Shown here: one piece after another, positions 54,401 through 61,883 of the stretch
Position numbering within the stretch: position 1 is the first letter of the stretch
Layout: each line of letters opens with the position of its first letter
Source of the DNA: a virus
Taxonomy: Duplodnaviria > Heunggongvirae > Uroviricota > Caudoviricetes
Virus record (IMG/VR): IMGVR_UViG_3300033068_001610
Span: 1-64,000 of that record
Direction: 5' to 3' (one strand)
Length of the DNA: 64,000 nucleotides
Translations under genes and position numbers: made by a program
The notes under the pieces: generated by a model
Seen by the model: only the letters and a program-made list of their open reading frames with translations
The model's database searches: none
Told to the model about the DNA's origin: nothing

Positions 54401-57400
54401 CTTTTTCTAAAACTACTCGAAAAAGAGGATTAACTCGTCAAATTGTCAATACTTTATTAGCAGGAAATGAAATAGAAAATTGGAATGATGTAGAAGCTTT
54501 TATCAAGAAAGCTTTTCCTAATGTTCCTTTATATAGAGTTAAAAATATATTAACAAATACTAATGGTTCTGTTGAAGCATGGGGTATGTTTCAAGATGGA
54601 GCTATATACTTATATGAAAATGCAGAGGTTGGTACAATTTATCATGAGGTATTTGAAGCTATCTGGGATACTTTTACTACAGCCAGAGAAAGAGTTGATA
54701 TACTTCAAGAATTTAAAAATAGAGAAGGTCAATTTTTAGATAGACCATCTCAAACAATGGTGAGTTATTCTGAAGCTACCCCAGATCAGATAAGAGAACA
54801 GTTGGCTGAGGAAGCTAGAGATTATTTCAAGGATGGTAAAACTCCTCCAAGAGCAAAAAATGGTAAATCTTTCTTTGCTAGATTACTTGAGGATTTGTTG
54901 ACAATGATAAAAAACTTCTTTAGTGGAAGTAAAGCATTAAGCAACACTGAAAAATTGTTTGAAAATATAGGTAAAGGTAAATACTCTACACAAGGAGTAA
55001 TTACTAATGCTTCTTATTCCAAAGTGGGAATAACAGATATTAATGATATTATCATAAGGGATGGTGCCAAGTTAAGAGAAAAGATTAATGATGTAGAAAA
55101 AAGTGAAATTATACAAGAGATGACTTTTTCTACATTGGCAATGTTGGTTAATGATGATAAAAGTCTTTTTGATGCTACAGCAATAAAATCTAAAGATTTA
55201 TATAATAAGTTATACACAGGATTACAAGAATTATTTAATGACGAGATAGCTATTCATAAACAATGGTTTAAAGAAGGAAATATTTCTAAAGCAGAATATA
55301 AAGCTGTCAAAGTTAAATTTAATACACTTAAAAAAGTTGTAGAAAGAGATTGGGAATCTCTTAAAAAAAGACACAAAGAATATCTTAAAGGATATAGAAT
55401 TGATTTTGATGAAAGTGATACATTACAAGTAAGAGATGATAATAAAATAAAAGAAAGTGATTTTGTTGATGCTACTAAAGTAGATCATTTCAAAAAAGCC
55501 AATCGTGCTATTAAACTTTTGTTATCTACAATTCCTGCTGTTGATGAAAATGAAGATCCCTTAGTTACTTCTATAGGGGGTGTTAGACTATTACCTATTA
55601 GTAAAGTGTTTATTAATTTATTAAACAATATTTCTGATGCCACTGGTCCAACAAGAATGATGGAGAAACTTCGTGTAATGGCTGAGAATGATCCTAACTA
55701 TAGAATTCTTTACAAACGCCTTACTAAAAGAAATTGGGATGCTGGACCTGCAGATCTTAGAGGGTTAGATTCTACTCATGCTTCTCAATTAGTTACAGCA
55801 TTTTATTCTACATTTAAAAAATATAATTCTGTAGTTAAAAACATTGTTATATTGGAAACAGGAGAAGTATCTGTTGGGGAAGCTCATTTATCTAATGCTG
55901 CTAACCAATTGCGTGCTAAATATGAGAATGCTATTGTATTAAAAACAAAATCTAAAAAAGGATTCTTTACTTATAGTAAAAAAGAAAAAGCTTATGTAAG
56001 TAGTGCTTTAAAAGTTGCAGGACTTTCATTAACTACAAAAACCAATATGGTTAAGTTTTTAACTGACCTTGGTGTTGATTTTACTTTAGAAGAAGTTAAT
56101 CGAATGGAAAAAACAAATCCAAAAGATTTTGCCCAGTTTAAAGAAAATGTATTAGGAATCAGAGATAGTTTAAAACAAGGTTCTATATTGTTTAAAATAA
56201 ATGCAAAGTATGCCAATATTAGTAACAGACTGCTGTCTCTTGGATATATAAAAGCAAGAATTTCTAATCCAGAAGTGGAAAGTGTATTTTTTAATATGTC
56301 TGGAGAAATGACACAATCATATATTGGACCTAACACTCCTAGTCAATTGTATGAAGCATTATCAAGTATTGAATCATTAACTCCAGCAGGGCTTGATAAA
56401 GATCCTCAATATAATTATTTACTTACAGATGTATTTGCTAAAGGTTCAAGAGTCTTGGCTAGAATGTTTGATTCTAATGGAAATAGAAAACATGATACTA
56501 AAGGTAAATTAGATGGACTAATGCAAGTTGGGTATGTAGGAGGTATAGATAATAGAGAAAAAGGAACACAAAAACCTTCTTCTAAATTAAACTATAGAGA
56601 TAGATTGATTCAAGAAATAAATCTTAACCTTAAAGGATGGTATTTAAACCTTATTCCTGGGGACTCCTCATTGGAACACATGACTAATTTAGGAAATGAA
56701 ATTACATCTGCTTCTTTGTCTATTGGAATGAAACCTGTGTTCAGTGTGTTTAAAGAATATTTTATCTCTGAACTTATGTTGTCTAGAGAAAAAAGAGATA
56801 TTGCTGAAATTAAATTAACTCCTGAAGATATTGCTGATGGAAAACGTCAAAGACGTAATACAGATCTTAGATTCTTCATGGCTATTCTTGAAAATAAAAA
56901 AGGAATTTCAGCTGATGAAAAAAATAAATTACATGATGATATTGTAAATGCTGAAGGAACTCCTCAACAAGTATATACTGCTTTTGAAAAAGAAATAAAT
57001 AAAGCTTTAGAAAATTTTATAGAGAATGATGTTAACTCAATGACTGAGGTATTATCTACATACAATATTGCTTCATTTACAAAGGGAGATACTATCACTT
57101 TAAAAAATATTGCTCTTCCTGAAAATATGACAGAGCAACAGTTTAGAAGAGAGATGAAAGCCATGTCTGTAAACTATATGATTGCTAATATAGAACAACA
57201 TAAATTATTATATTCAGATCCTTATCAATATGAGGATGAGTTGAAACGTATTAAAAGTTTTAACTCTCCTAGACAACTTATTGTTGGTGGTAATGATGGA
57301 ATAAATGAAGTGTTTGCTAAAGTGTGGAATAAAGGATTCAATAAAAAAGATATTGGATTTACTGACTTCCTTAGGACTAGTTTCAGAACAGTTACTTTTA

Positions 57401-60400
57401 AAGATGTTATAGGATATAGTGATCTTAAAAACTATGGTTTCTTTAAAGAAACAGATGGTGGTGGTATTATTACTATGCAAGGAAATCGTCACTTCAGAAT
57501 TAGAGAAGGAAGATGGAATGATCAAGAAGAAAATCAATATCGTTATGATATAGCTTTTGAAAAAGTTGTAAAAGGACTTCCTTTAACTGCACAAGAAAAA
57601 GAATTTGAAATAAAAAGAGATGCAAGTGGTAATTATGTAGGAAAAAATCCTAAAGTGCAGAGTGCTTATACCAATTTAAAACCTATTGTAAGTGGTAATA
57701 AAGAAGATGGTAATAGTTATAATGATGTTGTTTTAGATAAATTTGCATTGTATCCATTGTCTTTTAGAATTATGTATGAATTGAATTCAACTTCTAATGC
57801 TCTTAAATTATATAACAAGATGCAAGCAGAAAACATTGACTATATGGTTTTTGATTCTGGAAGAAAAGTTGGTTCTAAAAATTCTCATGCAACTTATAAT
57901 GATAGTGGTTCTTTTAATAATGCTCCTTTTGTAAATAAAGGAAAAGATAGAAATGTAATTAATGTTCCTTTTGAAATTATATCTGTGCAAACAGATGTAC
58001 CCAGCAAGGAAGAAGCTTTGATTAGAAGAGGTACTCAGGTAACTAAACTTATCACCATGGATTTCATGGATGGTGGTATTCCTGTAGATTTTATGCCTGA
58101 AGAAGATAGTCAAAGTGGTAAAAAATTTATTGAAAGATATAATGCTTGGAATGCTTTAGATAAAGATGAAAAAGAAGAAGCTTCTCCATTATATAAAGAA
58201 ATAGTGAACAATCAAACTCTACTTGAAGCTATTATAGAAGAGGGAGTTAATTCTCTATTGTCTTCACTAGGTATTGTAAAAACAGTTGTTAATGGAAAAG
58301 ATAGTTATAAAATAACTGATTTCTCTGAAGCAGGTAAAACTCTTCGTAATGAACTATTAAAAAGAGAAGTTAATGAAAACATTAGTCTTGCTTTAGAAGA
58401 TTTCTTGGTAAAAGGAATTGCTCTTGAGTCTACTCCTGCTTATCAACAAGTTAGAAATGTTTTATACTCTATTGCTGATAGAGAAGTTATTTCAGGAAAG
58501 ATAACAGGAGGTATGAAAGTGCAAATTCCTGCAACTTTCCTTGAGTCCACTAAAACAAAATTAGTTGACATTAATGGTAAAAAAGGATATACTTCTGACA
58601 CACTTGGATTTTACTCTGAGGAAGTTGATGTAGATGGTAAACGAACTAAAGTAAATGTTTGTGAAATCATGGTAGGTAGATGGTTTAAAAGCCCACTATC
58701 TGATGAAGCATTGCTAAAATATTTAAATACCACTAAAGAAGGACAAAAAGTTCTTATGGGTATGGGGTATCGTGTGCCTACACAAGCTGCCAACTCTATA
58801 GATGTATTTAGAATTAAACAATTTCTCCCTGAAGAATTTAAAGATTCTGTTGTTATTCCTTCAGCACTTGTAGCTAAAGTGGGATCAGATTTTGATATTG
58901 ATAAATTGTCTCTTTATTTTAAAAATGTTTATACAGATGCTGATGGTAACATAAAACTAATTCCATTCTTGGGTTATGGGGAAGAAGCTATTCAAAAATT
59001 AAACAAATTAATATCAGAACCTTCTAAAAAATTATTATCAGAGCAAATAAGAAAACTTAAAGGAAATCAAAATTTATTAGACACTTTATTAAACATTACT
59101 AATGGTGTTGCTGATGAAAATACTTTTGATAAATGGATACCTATATTAATAAACTTTTTTCCAGAGCAAGTTAATGAAGAAGGTAATTTAGATGCTACTG
59201 AAATTGAAAGAATTATTTTAGGAAGAATAGAAAAATTAGGTAAAAAAATAGAAGATATAACATCAGGGGATATTGAAGATGTGATTATAGCTGAAAAAAT
59301 GTCTACTATATATAAACAATCTTTACAGAATGGTTATATTGAATCAGGGGAAAAACTGATTTCACATCCTGATAACTATGATAGATTGGTTAAACCTAAT
59401 TCTGCAGATGAATTAAAAGCTCTTTCTAAATTTGTTGCTGAAAGAATTTATGGGAAAACATTTAACTACACAGACGTAGGTAATATGTTAAGTAGAAAAT
59501 TTATGTCAAACTTGAGACACGCATTTGTATCAGGTAAATATGCTATTGGTATTGCTGCTGTGAATCAAACTAACCATTCATTAAATCAACGTGTTTTAAT
59601 GTTTTTGGATCCAAGAAGAAAGTCTTTAACTAGTCCTACAGATCAGGCTTGGTTAGGAAATGCTGAGATAAAATTCAAGGAATTTAACAAAGTTAAAATA
59701 GGTGGACGAGTATTAGCAACACTTTCTAAGATTAAGAATGCTGCAGGTAAAGATATCTCCAGTATCTTGGGACAATTTATAGATGGATATGTGGATATTT
59801 CCAAAGGTCCTTGGATTATGGAGCTTGGTGCTACACCTAACGTTGCTTCTACTTGGATGTTTTTAGCTAAAGTGGGGGTTCCTATTGATACTATAACTTA
59901 CTTCATGAATCAACCAATCATTAGAGATTATTTAAGAACTATAGAAAATGATGGTTATTCATATTTGTTTATGGATACTTACGTTAAAAGAATGATGGCA
60001 GAGTATGGAGCCAAAGAAGGAATGACTCATCATAACAAAGATTTTATTAGAGACCATGAGTATTTTGAAATTCCATCAAAAGAAGTTTTAAAAGATAATG
60101 TAGGAAAAACAAAATTAACTGCAGCAGAAGAACAAGAACAACAACACATATTAGTTGAGTTTTTGAAATATGCTAAAATGGCAGAGCAAATGTTCTTTGT
60201 TACACAAGGATCTAACTTTGATACAGCGAACTTTAATGACCCTTATTTAATATTCAAGAAACTTAAACAGTTGGATAAAGCCAATAATACTATTATTGCT
60301 TCCTTAGATGAGAATGGTAATGCAATTGCAGGAGTGGAAGCCATGTTGAATTCTTCTTTCTTGAAAAAACTATCTAATAATATTTATGGATTTAGAGATG

Positions 60401-61872
60401 CTTTAGCAACTATATTAAAATCAGATCAAAAAAGAGTTAGAAGTGTAGTTGAGAGAGTATTGCTTCCTTATATAAACTTAAGTGATAGAGAATTTTTGAA
60501 AGTTTCTCAAAAAGTTGTTGCTGATTTATTTGATTGGGCTGTACAAAATGATGGTGCAAAACCTTTCAATACTTATATTGATAAATTTATGATTGATAAT
60601 CAAGGTATTCTTCCTGAGCTTGCTGCATTTGTTAAGAGTATTAAAGACAATCCAGAACATCCTCTTCATAACAATCATGTTATTAATATAATAGAACTTC
60701 TTCCTTCTCCAAGAGCAAATGAGAATGCTGTTAATAATATAAAAATTAGAGGAATTGACAACAAAGTTTATGATCAAAATAATATTATATATGGCTTTAG
60801 AGCAATTAGAGACTATTTAAAAGAGACTAATGACAAGACATACAAAACTTTATACAGAAGATTAGTGATTTTTTCTATTGTTCAATCAGGATTAACTGCT
60901 TCTAAAATATCTTTTAGTTCTGTTTTACCTTATGAAGATTTTCAGCCTTTGTATAATGATGTTTTAGGAAATGTAAATAACATAAAAAATCTTGATTCTT
61001 TTAAAACTTTAGGAGTATTTGAAAGAAATAACTGGAATAATGATGATGTTGTTCCTGCTAAACGTGCACAATATATTGCAGCAATAAAAACTTATAATGC
61101 AGCAATGGAATTTTTACCTCCTAGTGCAAAAAGAGCTATACGTTTAGGAGAAGTTCCTGTAATGATGACACAAAATACATTAGATAGAGAAGCTCAATCA
61201 GACTTTATGGTTTATAGTTGGGAGGAAGATCCTATTCTTACTGCTGAAGACAAAAAATGGGGCAACACTGTAGCTAAAAAGAAAATGTACATGAAAAGAA
61301 TTGGTGATTATTCATTCATCAAAAAAGGACTTTTCAGAAAAACTTATGATGGAAATGGTGATCCATTTGTTTACAGATATGTAAACAAAAAAGGAGAATT
61401 AAGAGAGTACTTTGTATATAAAGCAGTTAATGCTTGGGGAGATTCTTTCAGAGCTCAAGAGTTTTATGATGAAGAAAGAGAATCTGTAGTTGATAATGGA
61501 TTTATCAAAGTGGAAGAAGTTGAAGATTCTAAAGTGAACAAATTTTTTAGAAGTGATTCTAAAAAAACAATAGCAGAAAAAATGGAAGAAGCTGCTAATA
61601 GATCAAGGAAAAAAACAGCAAAAGAGTTATTTTCCTCTAAATCAGATCCTGAACAAAAAGTTGAGACTGATTGGACTCAGAGAACAAATAATTATTTATC
61701 TTTGTCAAAAGATGAATTATTAGAAGACTATTCACAAACAACAGGACTTCCAATGGGTAACCCAACAGAAGTAGGTGCTGCACCAAGAGGGATGTCAAAA
61801 GAAGACCTTGAAAAATTTAATAAAGATAGGTGGAAAGAAGAAGATAATGATGATACTTGTGTACCATTTTAA
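48409..61872 (+). CDS. giant virion protein (4487 aa); candidate ejected two-barrel RNA polymerase
   Basis: 13.4-kb stop-free ORF. Start overlaps the upstream stop (TAATGG). VGSDFDIDKLSLY at ~aa 3493. Gly-zipper hydrophobic segments near N-terminus. Long coiled coil. Confidence 0.6.
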   Translation: MEEEELLPKEDLNLLNPLTLTPSPATTGYDAFKVWAGERMNNYGEVKLDLGQLPQGDSGSSSGSTYSSKNGKTNTIADDIAAANKRADQVDSTKFAIKSSEISPRYNRTYKGLDNEELYAQTQTTGQKAYNGVAKMVGTAATTFVNGTAGLVYGINEMSKTGELSSFYNNDLANYLNNVNKGMEDTYAHYKTKRELDGSWWEPSNLFTANFLFDNVIKNLGFSLGAMGAGFAWGGAIKALGLTGRLMATGEKWAAAADTALGEATTLVDVQRLGTTTSKLEKLWQSAKVSTGTGLMKTDQFITAAFGTFGEAGIEALNNTHQFRDDMIAKYTASHGYAPDKEDLQEINDYAQQVGDWSFKLNTALLTATNYVQLPKIFASSFKGEKSIVNGIARTAEGYVEALPQKGFGKMIYKAGHIASLGFNTAEAFEEGAQFAIQTGTQNYFDRKFNNQQVDGIDDGLLYGVKEALTTDEGLLNIFTGGFAGALQSSGIVGIKKGLPTIGQTGKIGQRGWTGYGGKEGKLRTEAINSFNESKIQDKLKEISDNINASAQIQQEREVAIRQGDILEAKDLELDYAHSFIAPRVKYGAKQFIDDEITDLKERAINDFIELQASGIAFKGDTKETFLARLNNIQEHADHVEKLYAAAEIKYKGLINKDTGERAYSDEVIDKLVYAGAKIMDYDKRIPQLNESLALAGIPTQLIMDDILANDIPSKEALTEAVEKIKALSLMNEDDLIRDLSDIAEIAARRNLFIKEYKDIKRNPEKYEPVKPVKSADKKAKQSVVIKTKGGDQEIEIGEEYYLGAIASKDANDKDVFHSPLVKIVGVNEDGSLQLLDVKTNKITNVTPEQLKTYTLQKSSEVSEIDKWLLANANLTFTHRGLRDKAGKFREGIIKNYPKKGLVFIYVNEAGKKVTIPIRQEQLVPKPGSKYKQGIIAPSAEQTESFQKTLQQVFGKKVESTIDQIDERNNYLAELHEEGIKRIDEINKQLETNKQTLENKAKELAEKTNDLTYTKKGTLRKGGFTAIQNAINSINTVINNLEAQNEELAIQKEELEYTVPFYQEIIDSLEEFPEENSGLINKMKSQIKVVEDLIIVTQDTITITERLIKQAHELYDNAVKAIERFIQQIKKNNPDLPTIFIDEFQEMNEKFLGEEGARQLVENRQGFAGRIVQFQADIASFTDEVNLPKMEERTKGLVQDLQDLATGLEDLKRENNKRKEILEGFQQFVDALELRVKEEARINNDPKAKASLIQTQDKKTIQTADRESNADFEPTPKKPTHIIPVATMGIDRGKPHQTRANNFGINLHSFPNRKEIRGVYITAKNAGPYISIIDELVLSADSEIDRDQIIALVMFDTDGNLVGEDGQPIEDNFAQTAIYQVMPDATLSWKGDYEGDTSMFRKGTDTKVKEAVIAQYTKDRERILSSENFEEPHTIDASFGRPVFERDEANEIDYNARNSVQDAGLITNDQLLSGQVVSVATSVQPAEQGLVSYMNAFGKVFLRLTNGLVPLQNRKHSKQEAETIFNAIYILSENLLDPKEGINSDKSVAVLQYLKSVVYWGIPVDPAGKRKATGYNSIFFEEDEATGRLMLTISNKGNDVIFTPRELTRNRGEIIELIQTLHSNVNSAMVKNINEPYEQFVSLTETGEIETITWPNYQAYLISDKAPNENGELTEERKDEIPLTTIMRKVDPEAKVVNRTDIYFYTTDNVDDYAFAEVAKRTTGKKKKITAGKLDTEEDTEGRTTIKMVETNITKILKGFKTTFLRESMDNIDIEEGESKIVNFGGKDFKVTNKGYLSIKEAGGVKKIVKSEGYYKAENIKYAPTLAWLKGKGKMFVFEIEDIGAEQETFEEETEGAWVYDGETPNIFIDGRDKQVTFTIETGVNEQNFQEKIVILDVEDGKEAVDYVKKVMGLEDEEGDDEANLDRKHAEAVELLKEKLQADIFNNMPIEVPSKKTASTKKKGGFNPFAAGSGFNQTKQEEEVEEDEEEETPKEKKAFSKTTRKRGLTRQIVNTLLAGNEIENWNDVEAFIKKAFPNVPLYRVKNILTNTNGSVEAWGMFQDGAIYLYENAEVGTIYHEVFEAIWDTFTTARERVDILQEFKNREGQFLDRPSQTMVSYSEATPDQIREQLAEEARDYFKDGKTPPRAKNGKSFFARLLEDLLTMIKNFFSGSKALSNTEKLFENIGKGKYSTQGVITNASYSKVGITDINDIIIRDGAKLREKINDVEKSEIIQEMTFSTLAMLVNDDKSLFDATAIKSKDLYNKLYTGLQELFNDEIAIHKQWFKEGNISKAEYKAVKVKFNTLKKVVERDWESLKKRHKEYLKGYRIDFDESDTLQVRDDNKIKESDFVDATKVDHFKKANRAIKLLLSTIPAVDENEDPLVTSIGGVRLLPISKVFINLLNNISDATGPTRMMEKLRVMAENDPNYRILYKRLTKRNWDAGPADLRGLDSTHASQLVTAFYSTFKKYNSVVKNIVILETGEVSVGEAHLSNAANQLRAKYENAIVLKTKSKKGFFTYSKKEKAYVSSALKVAGLSLTTKTNMVKFLTDLGVDFTLEEVNRMEKTNPKDFAQFKENVLGIRDSLKQGSILFKINAKYANISNRLLSLGYIKARISNPEVESVFFNMSGEMTQSYIGPNTPSQLYEALSSIESLTPAGLDKDPQYNYLLTDVFAKGSRVLARMFDSNGNRKHDTKGKLDGLMQVGYVGGIDNREKGTQKPSSKLNYRDRLIQEINLNLKGWYLNLIPGDSSLEHMTNLGNEITSASLSIGMKPVFSVFKEYFISELMLSREKRDIAEIKLTPEDIADGKRQRRNTDLRFFMAILENKKGISADEKNKLHDDIVNAEGTPQQVYTAFEKEINKALENFIENDVNSMTEVLSTYNIASFTKGDTITLKNIALPENMTEQQFRREMKAMSVNYMIANIEQHKLLYSDPYQYEDELKRIKSFNSPRQLIVGGNDGINEVFAKVWNKGFNKKDIGFTDFLRTSFRTVTFKDVIGYSDLKNYGFFKETDGGGIITMQGNRHFRIREGRWNDQEENQYRYDIAFEKVVKGLPLTAQEKEFEIKRDASGNYVGKNPKVQSAYTNLKPIVSGNKEDGNSYNDVVLDKFALYPLSFRIMYELNSTSNALKLYNKMQAENIDYMVFDSGRKVGSKNSHATYNDSGSFNNAPFVNKGKDRNVINVPFEIISVQTDVPSKEEALIRRGTQVTKLITMDFMDGGIPVDFMPEEDSQSGKKFIERYNAWNALDKDEKEEASPLYKEIVNNQTLLEAIIEEGVNSLLSSLGIVKTVVNGKDSYKITDFSEAGKTLRNELLKREVNENISLALEDFLVKGIALESTPAYQQVRNVLYSIADREVISGKITGGMKVQIPATFLESTKTKLVDINGKKGYTSDTLGFYSEEVDVDGKRTKVNVCEIMVGRWFKSPLSDEALLKYLNTTKEGQKVLMGMGYRVPTQAANSIDVFRIKQFLPEEFKDSVVIPSALVAKVGSDFDIDKLSLYFKNVYTDADGNIKLIPFLGYGEEAIQKLNKLISEPSKKLLSEQIRKLKGNQNLLDTLLNITNGVADENTFDKWIPILINFFPEQVNEEGNLDATEIERIILGRIEKLGKKIEDITSGDIEDVIIAEKMSTIYKQSLQNGYIESGEKLISHPDNYDRLVKPNSADELKALSKFVAERIYGKTFNYTDVGNMLSRKFMSNLRHAFVSGKYAIGIAAVNQTNHSLNQRVLMFLDPRRKSLTSPTDQAWLGNAEIKFKEFNKVKIGGRVLATLSKIKNAAGKDISSILGQFIDGYVDISKGPWIMELGATPNVASTWMFLAKVGVPIDTITYFMNQPIIRDYLRTIENDGYSYLFMDTYVKRMMAEYGAKEGMTHHNKDFIRDHEYFEIPSKEVLKDNVGKTKLTAAEEQEQQHILVEFLKYAKMAEQMFFVTQGSNFDTANFNDPYLIFKKLKQLDKANNTIIASLDENGNAIAGVEAMLNSSFLKKLSNNIYGFRDALATILKSDQKRVRSVVERVLLPYINLSDREFLKVSQKVVADLFDWAVQNDGAKPFNTYIDKFMIDNQGILPELAAFVKSIKDNPEHPLHNNHVINIIELLPSPRANENAVNNIKIRGIDNKVYDQNNIIYGFRAIRDYLKETNDKTYKTLYRRLVIFSIVQSGLTASKISFSSVLPYEDFQPLYNDVLGNVNNIKNLDSFKTLGVFERNNWNNDDVVPAKRAQYIAAIKTYNAAMEFLPPSAKRAIRLGEVPVMMTQNTLDREAQSDFMVYSWEEDPILTAEDKKWGNTVAKKKMYMKRIGDYSFIKKGLFRKTYDGNGDPFVYRYVNKKGELREYFVYKAVNAWGDSFRAQEFYDEERESVVDNGFIKVEEVEDSKVNKFFRSDSKKTIAEKMEEAANRSRKKTAKELFSSKSDPEQKVETDWTQRTNNYLSLSKDELLEDYSQTTGLPMGNPTEVGAAPRGMSKEDLEKFNKDRWKEEDNDDTCVPF

Positions 61873-61883
61873 TAAAATAAACC

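Noticed and set aside
56500-56530. GLMQ tetrapeptide in the giant protein as a possible lytic transglycosylase signature
   Set aside because: No preceding catalytic E-S motif or other SLT family motifs. Treated as chance.
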